NCBI RefSeq assembly: GCF_023055435.1
Contig: NW_025964383.1
Location: 34,100,001-34,164,000 of the forward strand
From: Haliotis rufescens
Taxonomy: Eukaryota
Reading direction: 5' to 3'
Length of the DNA: 64,000 nt
Position numbers and translations under genes: made by a program
Notes under the pieces: generated by a model
What the model was told of the DNA's origin: nothing
The model's input: the letters and a program-made list of their open reading frames with translations, nothing else
Database searches by the model: none
Shown: in pieces, positions 38,101 through 51,810 of the stretch
Position numbering within the stretch: the stretch's first letter is position 1
Layout: every line of letters begins with the position of its first letter

Positions 38101-41100
38101 TGGCTCTCGCATCTCTTACACGTTTTATTACACATTTCGTCTCACATTTTATCTGACATTATCAAGACCAGCTTTCGTATGAAGATCACCCATCACCCCG
38201 GATTCCATGCCTAGGCCCATCGCGGAAGCTTGAAAACTGTCGTGGCTGGGTGCATTTATTATTATAACTGACTTTTGCTATAACCACTGACCACTGTCAT
38301 CATACTGCCATTAAATTGTGTACTACCACTCTATTGTGTACTGCCATTGTAATTGCTGTGCAGTACTTGTATTTGTGGTTGGTTTCACCCTAAATACTTT
38401 TACATACACATTTCTGGGTGGATATATATTCACCATTTTGATAAGGGATAACAACATACTTGGCACCCCCATCAGTATGAGTTCTGTCTTGTACCCTGAT
38501 ATTGAGTCTGGAAGCCAATCGTTGAATCTAGACATTTTGCTTGGAGTTTGTACAGGAGGGAACTGGTGTAGTTAAGGACTGCTTAATGGTTTGTCTTAGT
38601 GAATATTACATGTCATTGATCAAACTGAATTCACCAGGGTAGATGGGGAATACTGTACTTTTCAATACTATTGCCAAATATACTAGTAATTCAGGAAACA
38701 AATGATTTCCACAAATAATGCTTACAGATAACAATTTGTTTGGATTTCATTGTTGTCGTTGGTAAAGAAAAGCTACCATCCAAATGACACAGAATGAAAT
38801 GGTTTTTTTAAAATGAGTCATTAATTTTGCACACGATGCACGTAAAGCACAATGCACGTTAACGTTGCAGGGACACGGGCTGCATGTTTATTACAAAGCG
38901 CTATCAAGGCACGTCGTAAATTGTCTGCATAGGTAGAAGGCTAGACATCACAGATCACGTGCTGGTCTGGAACTGTTTCGTGAGAATGCCATGGAGACAC
39001 TTCCATGGCCAGAAAGTAGTCCAGAGCTTAATCCAATAGAACATCTTTTGGGGCCATCTATTTCTGCCGATATCCACCAGTGCAAAATGTGCGAGAACCT
39101 GCTGCTGCATTGCATGGGTATTGAGCTAGAATACATCAACATCAAGAGCCATGTCTGCTTCATGGAATGAGTAGGCATCTAGCGGCAGTCGTTCGCGTGC
39201 AGATAGGTTAGACAAAGTACTAGTATTGATGAGAACTGTGTTTCTTGCATGTTCTGACATTGGTTTAGGATTCCGATCATACAGAGTAGTTTGAAGCAGT
39301 TCAATATTTATTTTCACTAATTGTTTTTGGTGAATATAACGTTTTTCTTCAAATAGCCATCAATTAGGAAAGAAACCTACTGTGTTTTAAAATGTGCTAT
39401 TCAGTCCCACTAAGTTGACAAATCTGTTACCCCCAGTAAATGATACAAATTAAAAAAAAATGCCTATCCCTCTCCACCCAAACTGGGATGTGCCAGAACT
39501 TGACCCACATCGCGGTCATCCAACTGCCAATGACTGCCATCATCGAAGCAATCAGGTTACGGATCAGGACATCAAAATCGTCGCCAAAACCATCCGATAT
39601 CAAACGTACCGTATTTCCTCTATTAGACACGCGGCCGTCTATTAATATCACGAGAGCCATTGACCCAGCGTGTATTAGAGACCCAGCGTCTGATGGAGGA
39701 AATATCGATATACAGTTCTTGTGGGTGATAGAACGGTCACCATTTTCTATGGATCGGTGTAGGCTATCGATATATATTCATACGCGCGGTTATGGTGTAA
39801 AAAGGCTTAAAATATGTAAATCAGGTTTCTAGAAAGTTCCAAAACGGAAACCTCTTTCCTATTCAAACCCTTGTTTTCTTCATGACTGACAACTCTGGTA
39901 AGCAGTAAACATCATTGGATACTGTTAACTCTAACATATTTATCACTAGGCCACAAGTAAATTGGCTCATGCAAATATGGGCGTTGCTTAATTAATTTCC
40001 AGGAGTATATATATATATGTATATCACATCTCTAAATTATTCATAATCGTTTTAATGACATACCGCAGTGTGATATGCTCCGTTTTAACATGGTATAATA
40101 CGAACGGAATGATGCATATGTACCACAGAAGACATTAACATGCGTGAACAAATCTTCTTGATCGATACCTACCGGAGAACAAGAAGACATTGTAGTAATC
40201 ACCACTCGCTTCCAAAATGGCCCCTACAACAAAATCAAATACAATTTACTATTTTTGTCGAAATGATGCTCCATTGTAAGTGGTCACTGGCAATTTAACC
40301 TTTATTCCTATCAGTTAATGGAGTGTATAAGATATTATTTTGCTTAACAGAAATCAGTTATTTATGCATGTTTAATATTACAATAATATTAATGAGTAGA
40401 CGTCAAACTAGTTAAAACTAGAAAGTTGTTTGTATTGCATGCAATGACAGTAGCAGCCCTTCACGCCATTTCATGAACTTATTATCCCCCGCCACGAAGT
40501 GGAGGAGGGATATTTTAACGGGTGCTCTCCGTCCGTCCGTCCTTCCGTCCATCCGAGTTCCGAGTAGAACTAAAGACACCATGAGAGATATCTTAACCAA
40601 CCTTGGCACATAGATATGCCTTGTGGTCAGTTGGTGCCTTTTGAAAGTTTTGGATTTTTCAAAAACATATTTTTCGAGTTTCCATTGCAATGACTTTGAC
40701 TTGGACTGAAAATGACGGTAGTGCTCATTTCCCTAGCAGATCTTGAAAACCGTACAATATGTCTTCACCAAACGTGGCACATAGATAGGTCTAGGGATGA
40801 ACCGGTGCCTTTTTTATAGTTGTTTTTCTCAAAACAATGTTTTTCGAGTTTCCATAGCAACAAGTTTGATTTGACTAAAATTGGCGGTAGTGCTCGTTTC
40901 CAGAGCAAATCTTGAAAACGGGTACACTATTTCTTCACCAAACTTGCCACATAGATAGGACTTGTGGTCAGATGGTGCCTTTTGAGACTTCTTTTTCAGA
41001 ACATTATTTGTCGAATTTCCATAGCAACAAGTTTGATTTGACTGAAAATGGCGGTAGTGCTCGTTTCCGGAGCAGATCTTGAAAACCGTACAATATTTCT

Positions 41101-44100
41101 TCACCAGACTAGCTCATAGTTAGGGCTAGTGATGAACTGGTGACTTTTGACAGTTAGGTATTTTTTTCAGAATGTTTCCTTGGTAAGAAACTGAACTTAG
41201 GCTCTATTACGTGTAGCATTCGTTTCCGGAGCATAACTCAGAAACCATTTACACATTCTACAAACAAAAACCATCTACACAGGGTTGTCTGAGAACCGTT
41301 AAGATAATTACCTAATTGAAATATACCACTTGACTTGAAATTTAAAGCACAGCCTGGTCAAGTATATACAATGCTCAGTGGGATCAAATCAAGGAAAGTC
41401 CTAAAACAAACTTGTAGTAAACAAAACAGCATTGGATGAGATGACTAGAAGGCGGAATGAAAGACTGTTCACCTGGACACACCCTGTAGAGATCAGTCAT
41501 GGCGTGATGCCCTCAAGGTGGCTCACTTGAATGTTCGATCACTCAATACTCATTTTGAAGATGTGAAGAATGAAGGGTTTGTCGGTATGGTTCATGTTTT
41601 GTGTTTCACAGAAACTCACATCAATGATTACAGTGAAAGAGACTTCCAAGGATATCAAGTCTATGCAGTCGACACTATACATGGTACTGATGTCTATGCG
41701 ATGTAACGTCATCTCGCAGTATTGAAAACATTTCCATTCTTGTTGGCAAGTTCTGCATTGCCTGTGTGTATGTTCCTCCAAAAGTGTCATGGGCACGGTT
41801 GTAACATTCGCTTACTGATTTCATGCAGAAAATTTAAGGTCTCTCCGAGCAGCATGAATGTTAACATGTCCTAATTACATGGACTTTCAACTGTGATCTG
41901 AGTGGCAAACTGAAATTTGAAGATTTCGTTAATGTTCAGAAAATGACTCAACTCATTCCCTCTCCAACTCACTGTCTTGGAGCTTCGCTGTAGTAGTTGT
42001 TTCTGATCATAAAAGTGATGTGGTTTTCTAGACACCAGTCTACTACTCAGATCATCAGATGATTGGTGCTCGGTTAACCTCTTGATAACCCCTGTTTTCA
42101 ATGATCTCTAAGTAAAGTAAGAACTCCTTATTTTTCTGAGTATTGTTTAAGTAACATCACAACTCATCACAAATAAAGTTGCGCATTCTATGAAAAGACC
42201 GAGAAACACCGGTAATAACTTTTTAAGTCCTTGCAATTAGGCAATTTATAAAATGGTCCAGTGAACATATTTCACAGGGGCTAATGGCGGGGATATGAGT
42301 ATTTCATGCCTGTTTATTATCAGTCTGATATAACAGTCAACCTGTCAACAGCTGCAAGACAACGGGTGTCAATCGCTGTGCATATTGCTTTGTAATAACA
42401 CAAAAGCCAGTTCCGCATGGAGAATGAATATCAGGCTTCATAGTCTGCATAGTCCACCACCTGGTACAACATACCAGAAAAATCAATCAGTTACCAACTG
42501 TTAAACTATGCGAGTGCAAATGCGTCACCTACAATGAGGTCACAGGTATGTTTTTTTATTAGCATGCCGGGATTTGTTTTAAGGATTTCTTGTGAAACAA
42601 TTTGTCGCAAGCAAGATACTGTAACAAATATGAAACATGTTACACACAGAAATGGTACTTCTGTTTGTTAAACATACAGCAGTGGTGGTGGTGGGGTGGG
42701 TGGGGGTGGGGACTGATGTATGAATGTCACCCGTTTAAATTTCATTCAACATTAATTAAAAGGCAATTTGCAAGTACATATCAGGACTAAGGGGATATAT
42801 TGAAACAAATATGGCTGCTGTGTTGAGTACACATACTAATTAATAACTTTGTATAGTTGTGTGAGATGCAGTATGATAGCAAGCATAAGCATGCAGACTA
42901 AAACAGACCAGGGTCTGCAAAAAATTGTAGGTAAAGGCCATATATATATACTCTGCAAAAAGCGAAAACGCAAAAGTGATTTTAGATGTATATTTTATAA
43001 ACCATATAAATAATCAACAGAGGGTAATCGATTGATCAAAATTGTCATTGTCATTGACGTGTGTTCTATATGATACACATGGAACAGTCATCTGTTCTCA
43101 ATATCTTCTATGGCCACCATTAGAGTCCAAAACTGACTGGCATCGTCGTCCAATGGAAGTGGTAAAAAGGGATGTTGTCAGTCTTGCCGTGTGAGGTCGG
43201 GCGTTGTCTCGTTGGAAAATAACGCTCGCTCGTTACATAATGGGAAGAACGTGTGGCATCATCCCTGTAACGTTGTGCCGTTACATTCCCAAGAACTTGC
43301 ACCAAGTTTGTTCTTCTGGTGTCGGAGATGGCTGCCCACATCATCACACTACAACCACTAAATCTGTCCCCTTCACGTATGCAATTTTGTGCATAACATC
43401 CCCCACGATGCCTGTAAACACGACGTCCGCCCTCCGCACGTCGAAGCATGAAAGGTGTCCAAACTTGTCTCCTTCGCAGTTGTGGCAATTCGATGTGACC
43501 TTGACGCCATTAACGTCGCAGCCGATGATGCAGGTCCGTCAAAATGACACTTCGATCTGGTCGTTTAACGCGAATATCAGCGCGTAAACGGTTCCTCACT
43601 TTCTGGGCTGATATCCCACACAATGCTGGTATTGCCGTAGTTGTAGATGTGGCCATGGTGGATCTTCACGTAAGTGACGTAGCCGTATTATCTGTCCTAT
43701 GCTCTAGTAGTGGTACGTGGTCGACCGAATCTGGAAAGGTCCCGTGTTGTCCCGTGTGTCTGATAACAGTTCCACAATCAGGTAATGGTGCTTGGTGCTA
43801 TGTGGAAAAACCTGGCTACACCTAATGATGATTCCCCTCTTTGCCGTCGGACGATGGCGTTATTGCGTTGTGCTTCCGTCAGTCGTGGCATGTTTTCGCT
43901 GTTCACTTGTTGTAAGATTGCGATGGCATGCAAATGAAAACTCAACAAACTTTTAAAGACCAAGAAGTGATGTAGCATGTCATGTTGGTTTGTTTCAGCG
44001 CCAGGCTCTCACGTGATTAGTTCCTTTGCGATTTTCTGCAGTACCTCATTTTTTCCACACAAATCAATCCGAATCCATGCAGAAATGACCAATTCAATTT

Positions 44101-46126
44101 TGGTGTTAATTTTGTATGGGTGTTGGCCATACAGTCAGATATTTACGACTTTACCACTTTTGCGTTTCTTGTTTTGCAGAGTATATTTTTGAAATGAAAA
44201 CTGGCTATCTTACATTTCCGATGTGTAACGTTGTTTTGTTTGATGGACATTTGGAGGACATGTCCATTTTGTATGCATCAGCGACAAAAATGATATAGGG
44301 TATCATCATTATTTGAGAGCAATTCATAAACACATGCTCATGATCATGATATTGTCGTAATCGTAGAATGGACTCTGCTTTTATTAAAGATGTCTAATGA
44401 ATATGGAAAGAGCTTTGGGGCTTTAATTTTCATGTATTTGAGGTGGGGGTACTTACCTGCAATTGGGGGTCCAATCAAGTAGCCTGTTCCACAGAAAAAC
44501 ATAACCACACCAACACCAGTGGCAAAGTTTTGAAGTCCCAAAATGTCAAGTGTTATTGTATTCATGAGTACCCAAACACCTCCTGTGTACAATCCGAGGA
44601 AAAACCCATAAAGATTTTTCAGCTGCGAAGATGATTGGAATAGAGGCACAAAAAGTGTGAAAATAGCCATGATGCCAGCGGTTGATGTATGCAAAATTGC
44701 ACTGCCAATGTCCTCGTCATTGGATGCAATTCCTGTGAGAATACGCGAGATAACGCTCCCTGTGCCGGACAATGATATCACGAAGGAAGCGTCCTTGAAT
44801 GTTGACCCCTCTTTCATGAAAAAGTCTGGTAGAAATAAATATTCTGTTGATGCACCAAGAGCAAAACAAAAAATACTGACTGCAAAAAGTAGGAACGATA
44901 TATTCTTGACGACATTCACAATCCCGGCACAGTCCCCACACATTAAGAGTATTATTTTGCTTCTGAGTGTTCCACCTCCCGAAAACTGTCTTTTTTTCTT
45001 CCGTTCAATCTCAGAAGGGCGCATCAGCATACCAGTAGCAGAGGCATGAAACACAATTCCTCCAGTTATAAGAAAGGCTCCATGGAATCCGTATGTATCT
45101 AGCAGGTACTGAACTAAGACTGGGTGCACAAACATGCCTAGTCCTGCCCCAGCGACACAAATCCCTTGAGCAACAGCTGCGTTTTCAGGAAAGTAGTATC
45201 CAAGGACAACAATTGCACCGGTCCCCGCCAGACCCGTGCCTAAACCTGAAATAGCATGCAACAATTAGAAGTGATTTGTTTCTATTGTGTCTTCACAGTT
45301 ACTTGACCACAAATGACAGTAAACCTAAGACCATTGCTTAAACTGGTTATCCAAGACGAGATCAGGGGAGACATACAGATATTGTTGAAATTTTACATCC
45401 GCAACGTTGTGAGTGTGTATTTCTTTCATAAAACATGAACTATACTTCTCTTTAAGAGTTACCTCCATAAACGCTGATAAATATATGCATTTTGTCTTAT
45501 TATCTTGTTGCGGAGTTGAACCATATCCAGCTCTAAACCATTTGGATATATTAATTACGATTAGGAGAGCAGCAGCCAAGTTCTCCGCGAACAGCACTTG
45601 GAAGTTGAAAAGTGCTCCTTAATTGTAAACATTCCTAACTCATATACATTTAGAATATTTTGCGATGGGTGCAACACTGCCAATATTTTGACAGCAGGTA
45701 GCGTTCTTGTGCAGATAAGCGTCTTTTTGTAGATCTTTGTAAACGCCTCATCCAGCACTATTCCGGCTATGTGACGGCGGTCTGTAAAAAATCGAGTCTG
45801 GACCAGACAATCCAATGAATGATATAGTGAGCAACGATCCACGCAATTGGGATACGATGACATACATCAACCAAGTGTGGCCGAGCCTGACCACTCTATC
45901 AATTTGGTTGCTTCTGACGACAAGCATTAGGTTGGGGGGGACCTATTCTAACCCAGAATCCATACATCCACACGCGGCTGAAGATCTTTCGTCAGTGGTG
46001 ACTGTGATATGTGAGTTGGGAATCTATTCATTTCTAATCCATTTTAGAATGTGACAGAAATACGAATATGACTTCCGAACATACCTACAGTTGAAATGTA
46101 TTTGTTCAACAATATCCTGGTTTTTT

Positions 46127-46193
<67 letters not shown>

Positions 46194-47296
46194 GTGTGTG
46201 TGTGTGTCTTTTTTTCATTCATGGGTCACACAGGGGCTGCAGGACAACACACTTGTTTTGGCACTTGTTACATACCTGCTACTACAGCATATGTCATGAA
46301 CAGCATTCGTATATCAGTCACAAGACTGCTGCTAGCAAACCCAATCATCATAAGAATCCCTGACACAACCACGCATGTTCTGCAGCCAAACACATTGATT
46401 ACAAGGCTGGCTACAGGCCCTGAAACAGATAACGATAACAAAGTATGTATAAACAACTTTTGATAGGTAACTATGTATGCATGTATATTAAGAAGAAAAT
46501 CCGAAATTCCGAAAAAACAAATGTGGTGTTCACGTATACATACATATTCAATTGAAATTAAATCATGTCATTGTTAACTGAAAACATAAAGGTGTTGTTT
46601 CATTTAACATTCAAGTAGGAATGCATCACTAGTTCATTGTTGTTCTGACTATTTTTGTCATAGTGTAATAGAATATTTAATTCACCCCTGAAGATTCTTT
46701 CCAGGGGAAGAAATACTCTCAGTGGAATCTTTTGCCAATGATACTATTTCCGCAGCCAGTATCTTACTAACACTGGAATATTTTCCCAAATGAAAATCCT
46801 TTCCTCTGGACACTATTAAACCTGAAAAAATTAATCGTTTACAATAGGACCTGGTAAATAACCTGGTATATACGAAATATCTTGTCGTTTTGCCATCTGT
46901 GTTCTTTACATATATGACTTTTCCTGAACAAAGACTTCCGCATATGATTTTCGCTGAAATAAGACTATTTCAAAAAATGCAAACGTTTCAAAACCAAATA
47001 TATTGTAAAACTTTACAGGAAATATTGCTCAGGGACAAGAAGTTTGAACAGTGCCTGCGTAATAAGACGAAAAATATCAGGACTAGTTGAAGTGTCGATT
47101 CTTTTCACGTACCAGCAAGGGCAAACATACAGCCGAAGATGGATCCTATCCAGGTGGTAAGAACCAAGTCCTCCTCAAACTCTTTCAACATGGCGACGTG
47201 GAACACGCCAATGGCGTAGTTGACGCTAGGGCCCAGCATCATCGTCGTGAAGGAAGCAGCTAACACCACCCATGAGTACATTCCCTCTAACTTCAT
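35123..47296 (-). CDS. SLC16 / monocarboxylate-transporter-family MFS protein, 5 coding exons, 453 aa
   Basis: Exons 47296-47113, 46419-46276, 45245-44457, 40223-40173, 35316-35123; all GT-AG phase-1 junctions; 1362 nt open frame. MCT signatures EGMYSWVVLAASF, AGPVASLVINVFGCR, GYYFPE..AVAQGI..AGAGLG, YGFHGAFLITGG, LMRP, LIGPPIAGAILEASGDY. An acceptor just upstream of the ATG (about 47304) allows a further 5' exon. Confidence 0.9.
35818..36064 (-). mobile_element. Diverged SINE family B copy in an MCT intron
   Basis: GATGCAGGTCTTAGACGTCTACCACTTTGGTGAAAC..CTAGAAACATAATC..CATAGGTTTCTGGC matches family B in reverse. Confidence 0.7.
36492..37963 (-). mobile_element. Tc1-type DD34E DNA transposon with near-complete but disrupted transposase (37666-36669)
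   Basis: MPRLSENER start; FTDECRF, QHDNVRPH and SPDLSPIEHKW with 34 residues between the second D and E; ends GGHTRY*. In-frame stop and frameshifts; left boundary uncertain. Confidence 0.9.
38760..39337 (+). mobile_element. Internally deleted Tc1-like remnant
   Basis: LPWPESSPELNPIEHL at about 39000-39050; boundaries approximate. Confidence 0.55.
40481..42314 (+). mobile_element. Helentron (Helitron2-type) deletion derivative with internal ~168-bp tandem repeats
   Basis: 5' sub-TIR TATCCCCCGCCA plus hairpin, (CGTC)n, 3-4 core repeats (40560-41250), PIF1-helicase motif-VI-like QPGQVYTMLS at about 41350, APE-like VAHLNVRSL..VLCFTETH at 41518-41620, 3' sub-TIR TGGCGGGGATA (42285-42295), T-rich ends. 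Confidence 0.75.
42951..44181 (-). mobile_element. Tc1-type DNA transposon with intact TIRs and defective transposase
   Basis: About 28-bp TIRs CTCTGCAAAA..AAACGCAAAAGTG with TA flanks; MPRLTEAQRNNAI start at 43891; DRFSGCSVMMWAAIS..GNVTAQRYRD; 3' part deleted. Confidence 0.9.
45740..45962 (-). mobile_element. Diverged SINE family A copy
   Basis: GGGTTAGAATAGGTC..ATGCTTGTCG..GGATTGTCTGGTCCAGACTCGAT..GACCGCCGTCAC on the minus strand. Confidence 0.75.
46130..46207. repeat. (TG)n microsatellite
   Basis: Direct reading. Confidence 0.95.
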
Positions 47297-48075
47297 TTTA
47301 CAACTGCAGGTAGGTTATATTCTAAATTATAAAAGGTGACAAGATACAGTTATTGTCTTGAGTTCATAAGATTTCGATGATATTATATTAATCATTGGGT
47401 TAAAATAAGTATTTTCCTACACTTTTCTGTGAATAGGAACGCAAGTCATCAGCATTAAAAACTTTGGTGTAACTTAATGCTCATCGTATCTGGCCGTCAG
47501 CTGGCTTTGTTCACCGCTCAGTACCGCACTGTGATGACGTCGCGGTTTCAAAAACGTGCACATTGTATCAAAACTCTTACACCGTTCTTTTTACTCACAC
47601 TGTAACCAAATTGTATAAAATTCAACTAGAGTTGATTGTCTCTCCAACAGTACCCCAACAAATCCCAAAGGTATAGGTACTTCCTCGCCCTCGACGAAAG
47701 TGCCGATATTCTAGGCTATATTTGATACCAACGAAACGATAACCATCGCAGGTGAAAGAAGAAAACATTATTGTAAAGTATTACAGTACAAATATCATAA
47801 ATATCTAGATTAAGTGAAAGAGAAAATTGCGAAACTAAGAAGTACCTGGATTAACTCATTGTTCACCAAAAAACATTTTCTTATATTTTAGGTTTTATAA
47901 ATGCGACTTTAGAACTATATTTCCACCTTGATATGTATATATGCATTTAAGGACACACGTACATCTCAAGTAAAGTTTGAAATAGATAATGATGGTAGAT
48001 CAATGAAACTAATAAAATTGTGTACTACAAAAGGGAAAACAGAATATGACACTGAATTACGAAAATAAAACTCGT

Positions 48076-48155
48076 TAATATAATATAATATAATATAATA
48101 TAATATAATATAATATAATATAATATAATATAATATAATATAATATAATATAATT
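48076..48155. repeat. (TAATA)n pentanucleotide microsatellite; (AC)n also at 48295-48340
   Basis: Direct reading. Confidence 0.95.
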
Positions 48156-48295
48156 ATATATGGTTTTCAACAATTGTACTGATGAAAATGAAAAAAGGGA
48201 ACACTTTGTTTTAGACAAAGTAATATGATATGCTATCATGGCTTCACAGCCTTGTCTGCCAAATACACGATGGAAACAATGCACACACATAAACT

Positions 48296-48341
<46 letters not shown>

Positions 48342-48557
48342 TTCTGACATGACTTAAAATCGTATGCGCGCTCTTTCAAATGTACTGATAGTAAAGCTTA
48401 TTTCATATATTTTTCATTCTTCCCTTATTCGTTTCCATCGGTTTATATATTTCCTTTTTTCCTATAAGATTTAAACTTGTGAAAAAAAATCTAAATAAAC
48501 ATAAAAATGCATTAATTTCATATTTCTCCTGGAAAAGATTTTTTTTAGGATACAAAA

Positions 48558-48958
48558 TAAACAAGAAAACCTGAAGCCTGAAGAAGAGATGGGCAATAGG
48601 GTCGCTTTATCAACAAAAAAATGATGACGTGTGACATTAATACACACCAGTTTTCGAACTCAGTCTTGACAGGTATCTCTTAGGTAAGCATGCAGACTTT
48701 CATTCATGTAACTTCAGTAGTTTCTGGGAAAACGTGTCCCCATTTCACGCAGTGGTAAATCATGGCGCAAGAGCCGTAAGTTTGTAAAAAAAAAAAATTA
48801 CGACACCATTTTTCGAACTCAGTTGAGATCGTAACCAGTAACATCAATATGAAAATAGTTTCATTTTTCACAGACGGACGGACCGACCGACCGACGGACG
48901 GACGAAAGAACGAACTCCGTTTCTACATCCCCCGCCCAAATTCGTGGCGGGAGATAAT
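48558..48958 (-). mobile_element. Non-autonomous Helentron-associated element (HINE-like)
   Basis: Minus strand starts TTATCTCCCGCCACGAATTTGGGCGGGGGAT (same sub-TIR and hairpin as 40481) followed by (CGTC/GGTC)n and two core repeats; ends CTTGTTT. Confidence 0.65.
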
Positions 48959-48959
48959 T

Positions 48960-51810
48960 AAATATTATAACATATTATCGTCTACCTGAATACCACATTT
49001 AAGTTTATTAATTTCCTCTGTGAGATCGTTAATATACACCGAAAACAATGTCGTAGATAACACGCATCCTTGTCTAACTCCAGAAGTTACTGGAAACGGA
49101 TCTGTTAAGCAATTATTTATCACATGACCAGGTATTATCATACATTACTTGTACAGCATGAAGAAGTCTACCGCTGACGCCAAGCCGACGACGTTTATAC
49201 CATAAACACGAACGATTCACTTTGTCAAACGCCTTCATCGCGTCAATGAAACAAACATATGTTAATTTTCTAGACAACTTTCTGTTATTGATAACGGAAA
49301 ATAAACTGAATATATGTTCCTGAGTACTTCGCTTAGAACGAAACCCGTTTTGGTCATCAGCAAGAACGTTAATAGTTTCTAACCTGCGACTTAAACGAGT
49401 GTTTAACATATCGGCGTAGAGCTTACATGGGACCGACATTAAAGAAATGTACAATTCATTTGTTACATCTAACCTTCATTGATGTATTTATTGCAATATG
49501 TCCTATGTGTAATGGAGCGGTATTAAAATAAGCGCTTCGCTTGTTTACCAATCCATTTTCACACTATTGTGAAAAAAATATATTTAAACCAAATTAAAGA
49601 AATACCTCAATAACTTAACGGATCAAGTGGATTGTTATCGGTTTTTTTAATCGGGTATGCTAGTGCGCCAAGTTTCTGGACATGCATTATTTTCAAATCA
49701 AAAAGTAAAAAGTCTGAAAAGAATGTTGGTACAAGTGCTGTCCGTAGAATGTCGGTATCACACGTGCAATGATGGTCATGTCCCATTAGTCATACGCCCA
49801 TTTGTCATACTCCCAATAGTTATACAGCGAATGAGGGATTAGTTAAAACAACAATATGCATATACCCTTTGGTCAAAATGGATCAGTCCACTAATTAGAA
49901 AGCTTGGGATTAGTTTAAATAAATACCTATGATATTTTAGGAACAAGTACAGGATTCATCTCAAGCTATTTACTGTTCTTTACTGAGTTAAAAAAAACAC
50001 AAACTAGTACATAAAAGTGTCTATGTTTTAGACTCTAGCATATCACTCTTGTTATCATGGCAGGATTGATTGAAGTGGAATATGTTGCTTCTAGGCGATG
50101 TACAGCATCATCCCTGGCTCTGTTACCGGAAGCTGACGTCCAAGATGCCTGGGTCGACGCCATGCACGATACGCCAGAACTAGACAACGCTCAGAGAGTT
50201 AATGATTATATTGTAACAACTTGAGTTGATGATGATGCTAGATTCCCCATCCCTCTATGGAATCACCACCGAAACAATGGACCTCGCACGAACAATAATC
50301 TTGAAGGCTTCCACTACCGACTAAATAAGTCTCTGCCACATCATCATCCAGACATTTACCGTTTTGTTGAACTTATCAAGCAGATTGAGAAGTCTGAATC
50401 TGCCAAGATGCGTCAAATTGACTTTGGTGCTGCTCCCCAAAGCAGAAAGCGAATGTATCGCGAGAAGGAAAACCGACTCATCAGATTGTGGGACCAACAC
50501 CAAGAAGGTCAGAAAAAACTGTGTTCAGTTTCTGGATGATGCTGATTATCTGTATCCAACTGACCACTAAATGTGAAACTGCAAACTCAAAATGTTAATA
50601 TGCGATCCTGCGTTAATGATCATTTAACTTACAGTGATTACTTAATGTGATTATTTATGTATATATGTCATATAAGATTATAGGTCACTGATGATGATAT
50701 GTGCTATATTAAATATATATGCTATGCCGAGGAGCATTAAAAGATTATTAAAAGTATTAAAAGTAGTAATTTTGTGTTTCTTGGGTCATTCCACTTTATT
50801 TGTGGGTATTACAAAGGTAATTGTTGGTGCAGTCAACCATACCATATGTTGTTTTAACCCGTATGACTAATGGGCCGTATGACTAATGGGAGGACACCGC
50901 AATGACAGCTCGCTCGGAAGTGTTTTCCACAAATAACGACAAAAAATCGCTTGGCCATTTATTCAAAATCGTGGTTTTATCAAAACATTCGCTACCGTCG
51001 GATTCAACCTTCCAGGGAACAAAATTACTTCTGTCTTTCGTAATACCAAACCAACATATAGTCTTCCAAAAACTGCGTGCGTCGCCTTGATTTTAATTGT
51101 CCAATAAATGCTGCAGTTCGGCTAGCTGATACGAACGTTTATGTTTACGTAGAAGTGTGTCAAAATATTTACGTTCCTGAACAAAATGGTGCTTCAAGGC
51201 TTTCTTTCGGACACGAGATTAACATTAAAGATACAATTTTTACAGCTTCGCACGCTTTGTCCCATTGCTGTTGGAGCTCTAAACAGCAGTAAGGTTAACG
51301 AACAGATTTAGATTTGTAATTAAAACATGTATTTTCAGTAGGTAAAGCAACCCTGTCTAATTTTGAATACATAAATGTGACAAAATCTTCGTAAGCTGTA
51401 TTGATATCGCTTTGAACAGACTGATTCAATCAGATTCAATTTTAATAATTGTGGCATTACCTTATCTAAACAATTATCGTCATTCAAAAACGTGAGTGGT
51501 ATTTTACTTTTAACATAAAATTTGGATTTTTCTTATGTAAGTTCTACCTGAATACTCTGACAAAAAGGAAGGGGAATATCACACGTCAACATCGAGTGGT
51601 CAGAGATACCATGGGGGACATTGCAACCATTGACAAGACTTCAGTGATAACATAGTAAGAACATGAAACGTTTTAAAGTGACTCAAATGCTCATGGGCTG
51701 TATTTGTGTAATCAACTACTGATGACCCATTTTTGATATATGTCTACTTCTGTGTTCCAAGCCGACCATTTCGCTTACACAAATTGGTTTGGGTCAAAAA
51801 TTCAATTAAC
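48960..51810 (-). mobile_element. Decayed LINE ORF2 (end of APE through RT), interrupted by a MULE
   Basis: GSSVVDY (about 51725), SDHSMLTCD (about 51605), NNPLDP..GISL (about 49640), QNGFRSKRST..FIDAMKAFDKV (49454-49113), GVRQGCVLSTTLFSVYINDL (about 49080-49020). Confidence 0.8.
49774..50898 (+). mobile_element. Mutator-like (MULE) DNA transposon deletion derivative
   Basis: About 37-bp TIRs GGTCATGTCCCATTAGTCATACGCCCATTTGTCATAC / GTATGACTAATGGGCCGTATGACTAATGGGAGGACACC; 8-bp TSD GCAATGA(T/C); internal LALLPEADVQDAW..LWNHH..PRTNNNLEGFHYRLN..HPDIYRFVELIK (MULE transposase C-terminal E region) with one stop. Confidence 0.85.

Noticed and set aside
46024-46463. CV/HT-repeat ORFs
   Set aside because: (TG)n microsatellite in an MCT intron.
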